DNA of 64,000 nt, from the NCBI GenBank assembly GCA_951406725.2, contig OX597825.1:30566001-30630000 (forward strand), read 5' to 3'. The DNA comes from Octopus vulgaris (Eukaryota). Below, piece after piece: positions 15,520 through 29,699 of this stretch (its first letter is position 1; each line of letters starts with the position of its first letter). The translations under genes were made by a program, and so were the position numbers. The notes under the pieces were generated by a model. It made no database searches. It was not told the DNA's origin and was given only the letters and a program-made list of their open reading frames with translations.

Positions 15520-15650
15520 GTGAACTTGCCAATAGAAATTAGAAGTATGATTAGAAGTATGTATGTATGTATGTATGTATGTATGTATGTACATCTGTAT
15601 GTATGTATGTATATGTATGTATGTATGTATGTATATAGACAGACAGACAG
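15100..15650. repeat. Compound (GATA)n/(GGTA)n/(GTAT)n microsatellite
   Basis: Visible directly. Confidence 0.95.
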
Positions 15651-15971
15651 ATATATTCCCACTTTTCTTCCTTCATTTGCCTGCTCACTTCACTCATCAC
15701 CCTCTTGCTTACACGCCCTCAGTCATCTGTCTTGTTTTCTCTCACTGTCCTCCCTTACAGGGTGTTTATCATGTCAACACCCTTACATCTCTCTAGTCTA
15801 ACCCCATGAATCACACACATCTCTTTTGATGACTCCTTTTGGGACCTTGCCATTTTGAACTATTTGTTTTTTCTCTTTTATGTTTCTCCACATCTTCCTC
15901 CCATACTCACCCCTTTAGTGTAGGATAATCTTGGATGAGCCTTCCTACACATCCTTCTTTATCAGCTCTAC

Positions 15972-16005
<34 letters not shown>

Positions 16006-16068
16006 TTTTCACTAACCACTGGTACTAATCCTTTCCTTTTCATCTGTTCCTTCAATATTTCTTCCTCT

Positions 16069-16285
16069 AAAGCCGCAAGCTGGTAGAAACATTAGCATGC
16101 TGGGCAAAATGTTTAGTAGTATTTCATCTGTCTTTACATTCTGAGTTCAAATTATGCCAAGGTAGACTTTGCCTTTCATCCTTTTGGGGGTCGATAAATT
16201 AAGTACCACTTGCATACTGGGGTGGATCTAACTGACTGGCCCCTCTCCAAAAATTTCAAGCTTTGCGCCTGAAGTAGAAAAGAAC
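16069..16285 (+). mobile_element. SINE family B
   Basis: ctgagttcaaat B-box and gcctttcatcc...aagtacc domain. Confidence 0.85.
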
Positions 16286-16821
16286 ATTTCCTCCTCAAAT
16301 AGTGACTATTCTTTTACTCATCTTACTACTTCCCACAACCAAAACTATTCCTTTCATCACCTTGCCTAAAATCATCAAACAATGCTTTCTCCTATTGTTC
16401 TTAATTATAGGGGCCCTTTTGTAGCCTTTTAGTCTACAAGTTACAAAAAAGCCTTACCGGTAGTGGTGCCGCCAACAAAAACTCCTAGTGCACTCTGTAA
16501 AGTGGTTGGCACTAGGAATGGCATCCAGCCATAGTAACCATGACATTGGAGTATGAAATGGTTATCCAACTCATCCTGTTCTGTTGTACCATCAAATCCA
16601 CGATAGCACTGAGAACAGTTGTTAAGCAATGATAATCATAGAAGAGAGTAGTCTTTGACTAGGCAGTATTTCTTGTAATGAAGACACAAAAGATGGCTTC
16701 AGTCCATTTTGTGAAGTGGTTGGCAATAGAAATGGCATCCGCCTGTAAAAATCACACACACACACACAGAAATTTTGAAACAGACAGGGAACTTTCAATC
16801 CGTAGAAAATCCACCTCTGTG

Positions 16822-17450
16822 GATCATCATTTAATGTCCACTTTCCATGCTAGCATGGGTTGGATGATTTGACTGAGATCTGGCAAACCAGATGGCTGCA
16901 CCAGACTCCAATCTGATCTGGCAGAGTTTCTACAGCTGGATGCCCTTCCTAACGCCAACCACTCCAAGAGTGTAGTGGGTGCTATTGGATGCCACCGGCA
17001 CAAGGGCCACTTCAGGCAGTACTGGCAACAGCCACGCTCAAATGGTGCTTTTTATGCGTCACCTGCACAGGAACCAGTCCAGCGGCACCGGCAACGACCT
17101 CGCTCGAATGATTTTTTTCACATGCCACCAGCACAAGTGCTAGTAAGGTGATGCAGGTAACGATCACGCTTGAATGGTATTTTTAACATGCCATCGCCAT
17201 GGAGGCCAGCTTGTTGCTCTGGCCACGATCTCACTTGTATGGTACTCTAAGCACTCCACTAGCACAGATGCCAGTCATCGAATTTGATTTCGATTCGATT
17301 TTGATTTCGATTTCACTTGCCTCAACAAGTCTTCGCAAGCAGAGTTTAGTGTCCAGTGAAGGAAAGGCACACATAAGTGGACTGGTTACACCCTTGGCAT
17401 AGGCCTCAAGGTTATGGTCTCACTTGCACTTGCCAAGTCTTCTCAACAAA
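16822..17450 (-). mobile_element. Family D RTE tail with several ~65 bp internal units
   Basis: Repeated ggtgctttt..tgcc.cc motifs plus ggatgcccttcctaacgccaacc. Confidence 0.85.
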
Positions 17451-19899
17451 TCTTGAGTAATGCAAGAGGTAAGTTATTCCAATTTAAGAAGTGAAAATAT
17501 TATTTATGGATATATGATTCAAAGCTCTTTGATTATTTACGTTTAGTGTTAATTAGTCTACTTGAACTTAATCATAACTTCTAATCTAGTCTAAAATTAG
17601 ATTGGTTTAAAAACACCTAAATTTTACAACTTCTTTACAACTATCTCAATTTCTGTATAGAAATATATGTAGTTTTCTAAATAATTATTAGCCTATACAC
17701 AATATGATTTAGTCTTAAAAAGAAAATTTTAATTAATTTACTTTCCTACAAAAGATCAGGATTTTTTTTTAAAGTTTAAAGAAAAGAGAATTATTATTTG
17801 AAAATCGTTTTTCAAAAAATTTTTTTTTTCCTTAATTCACTTGATGTTTTTGCCAAGTAAAGATAAGGGAAGAGATAACAAAAGAAGTAAATCTAATAGT
17901 AATAAATACACTTAAATCAAAAAGTAAGAAAAAAAAGTAAATCATATGATGAGAAAGAGAAGTTTCATATTGAATTTCTTAAAACATTTCTAAATTCCCT
18001 CTAGAAAAGCCAGTTCTTAAACGAAAAGTTTCAAACTTAAACAATCTCTTTTTCCATTTTTTCTTCTACTACGTCTTTGATTCCTTCCCATTCTTTGATA
18101 AAATTAAAATCTGAAGTATTTTCAAAGACTATTTGACAGAATTTTTTAAAACATTTTTTTAATTAGACTGACAAAATATTCTAATTGTTCTGGTTAATTA
18201 ATGAATAACAACACCACACCGATCACATTTATTCTCCTTATTAAATCTGGTTGAGTAGCAGAAATGATAAAGTGTTGGACTAAGATGCCATACAGTATTT
18301 AGTTTTGGCTATGTGCTATATTCAGTTTCGACTGGGGCATGGTTTTGCTTTCAATCACTCCGTAATAGAGTGTTTCAATCACTCCCATAAAATATGCAAT
18401 TCACACACACACACACACATACAGGGATTGGCTCATTTGATTACACCAATATATTTTTTGAAAGAACACTTCACTTGGAACTACAAAGGAAAAACCTGTT
18501 GAAACTATCAGGCTACCTGGAAAGTTGCCCATGGTGTCGAATGCAAAAAGGCTCCCTATTATGTTTACCTGTAACCGTGAGTATGAGAAAAATCTTTATC
18601 AAGCAAAATATGTCTTAATTGTTTCTATGATTGCTTTCCAGTAAATGTTCTTTTGTTCATATTCTTTCATTTATGAGAAAATTGGTAACATACTGAAAAC
18701 CAACCTATGAATTTACTCTCATACACTTGCACTCCACAGAATATTTTTTTTTAAAGAAATGTGTTAAGATCGTTGCTGTCACTTAACAGTCTTTCTTACT
18801 TTCTTTCTCACTCTCTTCACCAAAAATAATTCTCTATTAGTATTATCAGCAGACATTGCAGTGCAATACTAAGTACTTCTACAAACTGAATTTCCAACAA
18901 AGTTTAAATTTCAAATTGTCCTAGCATTATTTCATTTACTATATCTTATTTTCATATTAACGTTATTTGTCTGCTTCGATTACAAATCTCAAACTTTTCA
19001 CTCATATAAGTTGAAAAAATTATTTTGATTTCTTTAGAATTACACTCAAATAACTTGTATTTTGGTAAATGATAGCAAATGAGATGATATGGTGTTTATG
19101 CCATTCTCATGAACATAAGAAGTGTGAAGTGAAAAGAATTCAGTCTGAAACCAACTCTGTAGAAATCTGATGACTAGAAAGGTTATCTTTTTTTTTGCAA
19201 CAGTCTTCATATGGTATATTTTTATTTACAATTTTTGATTAAGCAGAGTAAAAGAAGCAGACATCTGGAGTAAACTGTAATCAGTATTTGAGTTTCAAAG
19301 CTGGGTTTCTCAAGTAAAAGACTTGATCAAAAACACTGTATTGAAACTAAAGCTATTACATCATTGAAAAACCATTATATCAATCTAAAAACAGAGAAAA
19401 TCTGTTAAATTCATTTTAAATTTAATTCATGAGGTGTCAGAATTTTTGTTCACCTGCAACTTATTTCAGTGACCAGGTCACAGTTGTGCTATAAAAATTT
19501 CGACTCTTCAATAAATAAATAAAAGTGAATTTTACAGTTTTTCTATGTTTTTAGATGCCTTTAGTGGCTGTTTAATGATGTAATTGCATGCATTTAGTTA
19601 CATTTATGTTGTGAGTTCAAATACTGTAGAAGGCAACAAAACATTTCCTTTCTTGAGTTAACTAACCACATCTCAGGCAGATATCGGAAATCTACTGGCT
19701 ATGATACCATCTTGTAATTTTATCTCAAACCAATGTGAGAGACGAACATTTTTGCAAATATTATAACTAAGCTTTTTTAAAGCCATCACTGCATGTATAA
19801 AAATGATGCTAAATCTTCTGTGAGCCATATTTATATTAGTTAATTAATTAGAAGTGGTGCTTTTGGGCTTTACAAACTATTGCAGACTAGTGAGACTTA

Positions 19900-20060
19900 A
19901 TATTCTTGGTATGCAGCTTGTTACCAACTGCAGCAGGAAAGACAGGGTATGAGAGATAATTTCAGAGGATTTCAAGTCTGGGAAGCAAGAATTTAGGCTG
20001 AATGTTTACGGCAGGGCTTGATGGTTAGATTACAGCAAGAATAAGAAGAGAGAAGAAAGC
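19900..20060 (-). mobile_element. Jockey/CR1-like LINE C-terminal remnant
   Basis: Minus-strand FLLPRLEIL*NYLSYPVFP resembles the FLPR...WN.L...VFP LINE C-terminus. Confidence 0.45.
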
Positions 20061-20462
20061 GGGGGAAAGGTGTACACTAAGTGAGCTCATACATGTAGTT
20101 GTGGTAAAACAGTGCATCTGTTGGTCAATGGTTGCCATCTGTTAGTGAATGAATCAAATGACTGAAGATAATAAATTCTCAAGATATCAACTACATACAA
20201 TTCTGGCTGGTAAGAATAAAGCTTCTAAAACAGAGAGAGAAATCCGCAGGTTTGTTTTGGCCCAGTAGTAGAACAACTGTCATATCTTTAGGAAATGTGG
20301 GTTTCTTTTCCATAGGCAGCTTTTGACTTTTTCTGTCCAAAGGCCTGTTTTTAATCCAATATTTGCTTGCTATTATTTATAGCTTTATCTGCTATGAGAT
20401 TTATCATTCCACAAAAGAATTATTTCATATTCTTTCAAAGTCTCTAAATTCTAATGATGCAA

Positions 20463-20548
<86 letters not shown>

Positions 20549-21739
20549 GTTAAAAAATTGAGAAAAAAAACATGAAGATGAGGTGAAAAAAAAAGCAATC
20601 AGGCTAATGATCTATGAGAATTAAAAATTTTTATTTTCTGCTTGAAGCAAATACTCTTCTGCAGAAAGAATAGACAAGGAGAGTAAAAAATGGAAAGAAC
20701 AAAGAACAAATGTCTCAGTTAGACAGTCACCACACACACAAATGTATATATGTGTATATATTATATAAACAAAAAGGGAGAAATGGTGGGGAGAAAAGGA
20801 CGTATAATGTGACATTATATCCATGGAATCATCATACTGTCTTACCTCTCAGTAAGTCATCAAAAGTACCAAATACCATAAAATAGCTAAACCAGGAATC
20901 AAACTTGCATACTCATTTAGAGAACCAGAATTTTACTACTACTGCAAGTTCATACGCACAATCCTATGCACATGCGCACACACACACATGCATACAGACA
21001 ACTACACACACACACACACACACACACATGCACACTTATAAAGAACACTCGTGAAAAGCCAAACAAACAAAACAGAGCAATTCTCTTTAAATAGGTAGGT
21101 AAATCAAATTCTGACGGAATATATATTATCAAATTCAGTCTTTCAAAATAAATATTCAATGAAAATAGAAAATGTTATATTATTTATGATTCTGAAAATA
21201 ACATCCCTATAACAAGAACAAAAAAATTAAAATAAAATGAAAAAAAAAAACAAACAATTATACAATTTATTATTTCGCAGCCAACTGGCACTGCAAATGG
21301 AAAAACACAGCTTCCTGCAATCAGATTGTTGAGATTAAAGTGTATATATGACCTTTTTCAAATAATGGTTTAAGTTATAATATAAAGTCTAGCTAAGTTT
21401 TGGCTTATTGAGTCTTAGTAGTCAATGACCTAAGAAGTGCGTGAATTACAAATTAGGAAAGTTTTAGAATCATTTTTATACATGCAGTGATGGCTTTAAA
21501 AGAACATAGTTATAATATTTGCAAAAATGTTCGCCCCTCACATTGGTATGAGATAAAAATACAAAGTGGTATCATAGACAGTAGATTTAATCGAATATCT
21601 GCAAAGATCTCGTCAGTTAACTCAGGAAATGAGTTTTAGCAGTGGTGCCTTGAGCAAGTTTCTTCTATTATTGCCTTAGGCCAACCAAAGTCTTGTCAGT
21701 GCTTTTGGGAGACAGGAACTGAAAGAATCCCATCGCATA

Positions 21740-21821
<82 letters not shown>

Positions 21822-21847
21822 CACATATATACATATATATACACACA

Positions 21848-22062
21848 CAAGAGGGTGCTGAAAAGTTCTTGGCTTTAAGGGTGTAGCAAAAGGGTTGGTT
21901 GGAGGCTCAAATGTCCAAGTTCTTTTACTAGGCTTAGAAACACTGAAGGACCACTGCAATAAGTGCATGAATCTAAGTGGAGAATATGTTGAACAAGATC
22001 ATAATTAACTTATCCTCCTGTATTTTCTTTTATCAAAAGCCAGGAACTTTTCAGTACCTCCT

Positions 22063-22064
<2 letters not shown>
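21848..22064 (+). mobile_element. Internally deleted mariner (MITE)
   Basis: TIRs caagagggtgctgaaaagttcttggcttt / aaagccaggaacttttcagtacctccttg; interior encodes mariner C-terminus LKDHCNKCMNLSGEYVEQ. Confidence 0.85.
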
Positions 22065-22125
<61 letters not shown>

Positions 22126-22198
22126 ATATATGAATTTTTTGCGTAATGAGATAAAAAAAACAAGGCTGTATAGATATTAGAGCATTTATAGATAGAAG

Positions 22199-22250
22199 GT
22201 CTTACAGCTGTTTCTAGAATATTAATTAATAATTTCCCTTCATCGGAGAC
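22199..22250 (-). ncRNA. Type I hammerhead ribozyme-like fold (Penelope pLTR type, U4C variant)
   Basis: GUCU-CCGAUGA-stem II-GAAAC-AGCU-GUA-AGAC; palindromic stem III ACAGCUGU. Confidence 0.6.
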
Positions 22251-22346
22251 GGTGTGAGAGGAAAAATTAAGTCATAGTTAGTTTTGATGTGATATAAATA
22301 GAGGGTGAGGTGGAGGAAAGAAAATACCAGTGTATGTATGTATACA

Positions 22347-23578
22347 CAGAGTCCATAAGATATTTGAGGACAGATTTATGTTTATAAAAAAAAAACAGGT
22401 ATATAATAACAGTTAATAACTTTATTTATCAAAAGATGCTATGAGGATAAAAATAAACCTTCTTTTCTATAATATTATTCAATAAAGCCACCTTTAGCTT
22501 CAACAATTGGTTCTATATGAGATCTAAATCATCTACATGCTCGAATTAAGAGGTCCTGGTTCATTTTGGACATTACTCTGACTATGGCAGCTTTCAAGGA
22601 ATCTTTGGTGTTGTGGGTGTGTTCATTGACCTCTCTCTCAGCAACGCTCCACATTTAATAGTCAAATGGACTGAGATCTGGGAAATTAGGAAGCCAAATG
22701 TTAGGGATTATGTGATCATGAAAATTTTCAGCCATCCATTCCTGTGTTACTAGAGCCATGTGTGATAGTGCAGAGTCTTACTGATACACGTATGGTCTTC
22801 CATTGCATACACTGTTTATCAAGGGCTTAACAATTACTTCCAGGACCTCACTGTAGGCAGCAGAGTTAACTCTAAGGCCTTGTGGAAAGAAGTAAAGAGG
22901 CATCACATGTCCTTAATTGCTGACAACCCCTAAAACCATGACAGATGCAGGAAATTTTGTATGCATAACACTTGGAACTTCAGAAGGGTCTGCACATAAC
23001 CATCTGTCATTTCTTCTGTTAACCTTTGATCTTGATCGAAGTTTTTCTTGTTTGAGAAAAACCAAATCAAATCTGCTGGATTTTTTAGTTTGTTTAAGAA
23101 CCTTTTAGATCTGGTGTAATAATTTTCTTATGCTTTTTCTAATAATTTGATCTTTCCTCATAATATCTTTTATCCGTCTTCATGGACAACATTTCTGACT
23201 GTTCATCTGACATGTGAAGGTCTTTGCAATTGACCTCATGGACTTTCTGGGATTGTAATGAATGGTCTGCTGGACTTGCTGGATAAATTCAGGTATTCTG
23301 ATGATTTCAGAGCATTCAGAATGCTTTGGTATTGGTGATATGTTTCCATCTTCAGTCTCTAGCTCCTTACAAACTTTGTAGACAAAAGATCTAACAACTT
23401 TTAAAAATCGAGATATTTCTAAATCACTTTGCTCAGCCTTTATAACCACAATAACAGTATGCTTCTTCATAATGAGGGTCTGCAATTATTACTTTCTGCA
23501 ATAAATATTATATGGAGTAAGCAAAAAATACAGTAATGACCCAAAAATGGTATGTCCTCAAATACCTTACACACCTTG
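22347..23578 (-). mobile_element. Full-length decayed Tc1/mariner maT (DD37D) transposon
   Basis: TIR cores taagatatttgaggaca / tgtcctcaaatacctta; minus strand RPYVYQ*D..37 aa..D (WLPNFPDLSPFDY); N-terminal remnant ORF 23180-23485. Confidence 0.9.
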
Positions 23579-23989
23579 TATGTATGAAAAACCGATAATA
23601 TACATACATATGTATATATACACACGAATATATAAGCATAAATTCATACATATATATGAACATATATACACATATATATATAAATATATTGTTGTATTTC
23701 GGAATGGTCTTTTTTTTTTGTCAGATATAAATAAAAACTTATAGAGCAATAAGAAAATGGAGGGGATCAATAGGTGGTTCATCAACTTTTAGACATTAAA
23801 TTATGTCAATTTATTTATTTATTTACTAAAATGACAATTACAAGAATATACATACATGTATAACATATTATGCTTTACATATAAAATATATAAAGATACC
23901 AGTAATTCCCTTAGTTGGTTGGATTCACAACCTCTAACTTTCTTGGTATATGAACTTATATATATAAATGCATGTGTGCCAGATGCTGT

Positions 23990-24230
23990 AATCTTGCCTT
24001 GACATCACATGATAGTTGTAAACAAGTATCACCATCATGCATGCAGTGTCCTTCATTCTGAATCTTCCATAAAACACATCTGGTCATAGGGGGAATATTA
24101 CCTTACTTGGAAACAGGTGATGGTTTGCAACAGGAAGGGCATCCAGCTATAGAAAATGTGCTTCAACAAATTCTGTTCGACCCATCCAAGCTTGAAAAAG
24201 TGGGACGTAATGATGATGATGATGATGAAG
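23990..24230 (+). mobile_element. Family E tail (RTE-like 3' end); related copies ~24845-25070(-), ~38210-38430(-), ~43800-44030(+)
   Basis: cttggaaacaggtga...caggaagggcatccagct...(gat)n. Confidence 0.75.
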
Positions 24231-24449
24231 ACAGCAATTCTTTCTTAAAGTTGTAGATGCTATTTTGTAATGAAGGGATTAAGAGTTTAATTGCTACACT
24301 ACATTACACACGAATACCGAGACAGACACCAGAGCTGCTTTCATTATTACAAGTATGAATCAATGGCTGATCAAACCTATTATCTTTCTTTCCAGATGAT
24401 CTGATAGCCATTCCCAAAAGATGAACTGAGACAATGTTGAGTAAAGTTT

Positions 24450-24845
24450 CATCATCATCGTCATCATCACCATCACCATCACCATCATCACTACCATCAC
24501 CACCACGACAACTACCAACACCACAACCACCACCACCACTACCATCACCACCACTACCACCACCACCATCACCACCACCACCACAACTACCACCACCACA
24601 ACCACCACCACCACTACCACCACCACCACTACCACCACCACCACCACCACCACCACCACCACCACCACTACCACCACCAACACCAACTCCACCATGATGA
24701 TGATGACCATGATGATGATCATGATGATCATGATGATCATGATGATGATCATCATCATCATCCCAATTGTCATCATCATCATCATCATCCCAGTTATCAT
24801 CATCATCATCATCATCCCAGTTGACATCATTATCTTCATCATGAC
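24450..24845. repeat. (CAT)n/(CAC)n/(GAT)n trinucleotide array
   Basis: Visible directly. Confidence 0.95.
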
Positions 24846-25216
24846 CACTTTAACACCTGCTTTTCCTTGCTTGCATGGGTCAGATGGAATTTACTGAGGC
24901 AGATTTTTCAGCTGATTGCCCTTCCTGTTGCCAGCCCTCATCCGTTTCCTAGGAAGGTAATATTTCCCCCTGGCCAAACTTGCTTACATGGAAGATCAGA
25001 AACAAATGATACCTCTTGTGTGATGGCGACATCTTTGTATAACAGCCATATAATGCCAAAACTAGGAGACACTAATACACACACATATACACCTCCATGC
25101 ACACACACACACACACACGCACTCACATGTATGCAACTCCAGGCTAACTTTGCATGGGACCCTAGAGAAGCAGTGTACATTAATGAAACAATGCAGAGCT
25201 CTCTCCTTTGGATATT

Positions 25217-25453
25217 TCTTATTTCTTTATTGCCCACAAGGGGCTAAATACAGAGGGGACAAACAAGGACAGACAAAAGGGATTAAGTCGATTACACCGA
25301 CCCCAGTGCATAACTGGTACTTAATTTATCGATCCCGAAAGGATGTCAAGCAAAGTCGACCTCGGCGGAATTTGAACTCAGAACATAACGGCAGACGAAA
25401 TACCGCTAAGCATTTCACCCGGCATGCTAATGTTTATGCTAGCTCGCCATCTT
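25217..25453 (-). mobile_element. SINE family B, little diverged
   Basis: Full-length, CpG-rich; ttggatatt present on both flanks. Confidence 0.9.
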
Positions 25454-25547
25454 ATATTGGATATTCCATGACACTTAGCAATTACTGCTCTGCTGCATTT
25501 TGATTAATCTCAGGATGAGAGAAACAAACTATCATTGTCAGCTTTAA

Positions 25548-26168
25548 CCCTTTATTATTCCGATCACTCTGTCAAATGTAATGCTTATTTATTCACATTC
25601 ATTTGAATTAATCATGAATTATCTCTTAGCCCTGAGATTCCAGTGATGTGCTTGTATATTTTTTAAAATCTGTGTGGTAAGTAGCTTGCTTACCAACCAC
25701 ATGGTTCTGGCTTCAGTCCCACTGCATGGCACCTTGGGCAAGTGTCTTCTACTATAGCCTTGGGCCGACTAAAGCCTTGTGAGTCGATTTGGTAGATGGA
25801 AACTGAAAGAAGCCCATCGTATATATATGTATGTATATGTGTGTGTGTGTATATGTTTGTGTGTCTGTGCTTGTCCCCACCAACATCGCTTGATAACCGA
25901 TGCTGGTGTGTTTACATCCCTGTAACTTAGCTGTTCGGCAAAAAAGACCAATAGAATAAGTACTAGACTTCCAAAGAATAAGTCCTGGGGTCAATTTGCT
26001 CGTTTAAAGGCGGTGCTCCAGCATGGCCACAGTCAAATGACTGAAACAAGTAAAAGAGTAAAAGAGTAGGGTAGGTGAGAGAAACCAGATCTGGACAATT
26101 TGAACATAAAACCAGTAGAATATTCTGACTGGATGTGGCGGGATATAAATGGTATAAACACTAAAGGG
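25548..26168. mobile_element. piggyBac-type MITE with nested SINE A
   Basis: TTAA-cccttta ... taaaggg-TTAA ends. Confidence 0.75.
25670..26068 (+). mobile_element. SINE family A
   Basis: Near full-length, gtaaaaga-repeat tail. Confidence 0.9.
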
Positions 26169-26402
26169 TTAAAACAGTTTCTGTCAGGCAAGATTTCTGA
26201 CGATCTTCTGTGGTTGAGAAGAGGGGCCAGTCGTCTTGAGTATACATGTCATTATGCACTGTTCCAGAATTCTTTAATACATTATAACTTAAAGGTTCTG
26301 ATTTACAGTCCTCAGAGATGCTTGTTTGCAATCATCATCTGAGAAACTGTCTCTCATTTTCTTATCCACTGTCTAAATATTTTTCTTCAAACTTTCATTT
26401 CA

Positions 26403-26804
<402 letters not shown>

Positions 26805-26849
26805 TTCATTTCATATTTCAAAAAAAAAAAAGATTTCAGACTGGATACT

Positions 26850-27836
26850 CAAAGGAAAACCGGGTTCATCTAACCAACTGATGATTGGAAGTGAGCAACT
26901 CTGAGTGGCAATCAAAGGTTTCTGTCTACGAGTAAAATGAAAGATTGTATGAATCATGCATAGGTAGAGCAATTCTATGTGCTAGTGAAATGAGGGCCCT
27001 GGATGCAGAGGACATGTGAAGCCTAGTGAGAAATTGACCTACTATGCTCTGCTGGATGTGTAATGTAAGTGGACATATGGTAATGTAAGTGTAATGTAAG
27101 TGGACACAATAGCACCAGGTGGTGCTATTAAGTTAGACATGGCCTGGGCCAATAATGACCGAAACCTATCAAAGTATCAAAGTATATGTGACAGAGTGCT
27201 AGAGTATTGAGAGAGCAGTTGGGCATAAGAGGAACTAAATGAAGAGAGCAGGCTGTGTTGGTTTGATCATGTGATGCAGATGGATACCAACAGCTCCATA
27301 AAGAAGTACTATTCACTGAAAATGGATGGAACTTGTGGAAGAGGGAGACTTGGTAATACATAGGATGAAGTACTGAAGAATGATTTCAGGATGCTAAACA
27401 TTTCAGATGAAATGGTAAAATACCTGGCACCTTGCCATACTCAAGAAGACCCATCCTATGCAGCAGAAATGTTAAGGCCACTCCCCATGGGGAAGAGATT
27501 TGGTCTGCAAGAGTCCTTTGCTAGTGCCATGTAGAAAAGCATGTGCTGGTGCCCCATACAAAAGCTCATGTTGGTGCCACATGGAAGCTAGTGGCATGTT
27601 AAAAGCACCCAGTACATGGAAGCTAGTGGCATGTTAAAAGCACCCAGTACATGGAAGCTAGTGGCATGTTAAAAGCACCCAGTACATGGAAGCTAGTGGC
27701 ATGTTAAAAGCACCCAGTACAGCATTAGGAAGAGCATAAGCCGTAGAAACCAAGCAGAATCAGATTGGAACCTGGTGCCATATTCCCAGCTTCCCAGCAT
27801 GGAAAATGGATGTTAAAGGATGATGACGATGACAGC

Positions 27837-27845
<9 letters not shown>
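26850..27845 (+). mobile_element. RTE LINE 3' fragment with family D tail
   Basis: Homologous to the 61075-61506 peptide (AIKGFCLRVK; MLCWMCNV); ends gcatggaaaatggatgttaaag(gat)n. Confidence 0.75.
27579..27718. repeat. Four perfect 35 bp tandem repeats
   Basis: acatggaagctagtggcatgttaaaagcacccagt x4. Confidence 0.95.
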
Positions 27846-27869
<24 letters not shown>

Positions 27870-27887
27870 GGTGGTGGTGGTGGTGGT

Positions 27888-27927
<40 letters not shown>

Positions 27928-28749
27928 ATGGATGGATGGATGGATGGATGGATGGATGGATGGATAGATAGATAGATAGATAGATATAGCATGTAAGTAA
28001 GTGAGTGAGTGTGTGAGTAAGTGATTATGTATCATTACATGTGCAGTTGTTTAAGCCAGTGAGCTTGTTGCTGTTCAAGTATATTGCTATGTGAGCAAGC
28101 AATTAAATATCTGGGCGACCAGGAAAAAAAAAAAAAAACAATTGAAAGATCAAACTCGGTTTGTAGTTATAAACACTTCAGATAGACAAAGCAATAATAC
28201 AGAGCCATATAGTTTAAAGTGGAAAGATTAGATTGATAAACAATAACATAGAGAATATATATTTTACATTTTTTTACCCTCGAGTAAAGATTATAAATAG
28301 ATGGAAGAAACAACTATATTTAGGAAAAGTAGAATAAAATTTAGACAAAAGAGAATTTTGAAACCAAACAAAGAGGTTAAAAATCAAAAATATTTACAGG
28401 ATGAAAGAAAAACATATCTGTTGTTATAGGAGGAAGAAAAATATAATAATCTATCTTTTATTGAAACTAAACTCTACAACCTGGATAATTTTATGTAATG
28501 TATGCTTGCGTTTTCTTTTTTTCTTTTTCTTCTTTTTTGTTACGCTTACACAGGCTCTAAGGCACAGGTGTGGTTGTGTGATGAAGAAGACTACCTCATA
28601 ACCATGTGTTTTCAGGTTCTGTCCCATTCTGCCATACCTTGACCAATGGTTTTCTCTTATATCGCTAAGCTGACCAATGACCTGTGAATAAATTTGGTAC
28701 ATGGAAACTGTATGGAAGGCCTTCATATATTATATAGATATACATAGAC

Positions 28750-29112
28750 TATCCGAGCGTGATCGTTGCCAGAGCAGCGAACTGGCTTCCGTGCCAGTGG
28801 CACATAAAAGGCACCATTCGAGTGTGATCATTACCAGCATCACCTTACTGGCACCTGTGCTGGTGACATGTGGCATCAAAAAGATTCGAGTGAGGTCATT
28901 GCCAGTACCGCCTGACTGGCCCCCGTGCCGGTGGCATGTAAAAGCACCCACTACACTCTCAGAATGGTTGGCAGTAGGAAGGGCATCCAGCTGTAGAAAC
29001 TCTGTCAGATCAAGATTGGAGCCTGGTACAGCCATCTGGTTCGCCAGTCCTCAGTCAAATCATCCAACCTATGCTAGCATGGAAAGTGGACGTTAAACGA
29101 TGATGATGATGA
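28750..29112 (+). mobile_element. Family D RTE tail with three ~65 bp units
   Basis: gtgcc.gtggca..taaaagcacc repeats followed by ggaagggcatccagctgtagaaac. Confidence 0.85.
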
Positions 29113-29699
29113 GGATGTGTGTGCATGTGTGTGCATGGTCATTCTTGCTGCATTCCTCTTCAACTGACCATTCCTAATCTTGCACAATCATGGTTGCTGG
29201 TGCTACATAAAAAAGCACTCCTGCTGGTGCAGCATAAAAGCATCCAGTACCCTTTGTAAAGTGGTTGACATTAGGAAGGGTATCCAGCCATAGAAACCAA
29301 ATCAGAATCTTTCATGCTAAAAATCAGGGCTTGGTTAAGAATGATCGGTTTGATAGTAGCATAGTAGCTCTCTATATCTACTATGTACTATTCTTACAAA
29401 TTCTTACTAATTTCTAGAAGCTTAAACCATCAACCCATTGTGAAAGTGACCATGCTTTACCAGTAAGCTACCAGGTGTAAACCATTCATTTTATTATCAT
29501 CCATTATATATGTATGTATGTATGTAAATTTATATATTGTATATTTTTATAGTTTGCTCATTATATATATTTTTATGTATTCTATATCGCATGTTTTATG
29601 TATATATTGTATATCAATAATTTTCATATATCGTATGTAGTTTTTCTTTTTTTTTTGTTCTTTCTTATATCTATTTTATCCAGCTTATAGCTGTATTTT

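Noticed and set aside
24360-24897. Proline-rich extensin/formin-like ORF
   Set aside because: (CCA)n microsatellite with no flanking coding context
27579-27718. CRISPR-like 35 bp repeats
   Set aside because: Contiguous tandem copies without spacers, no cas genes, and a eukaryotic LINE-tail context
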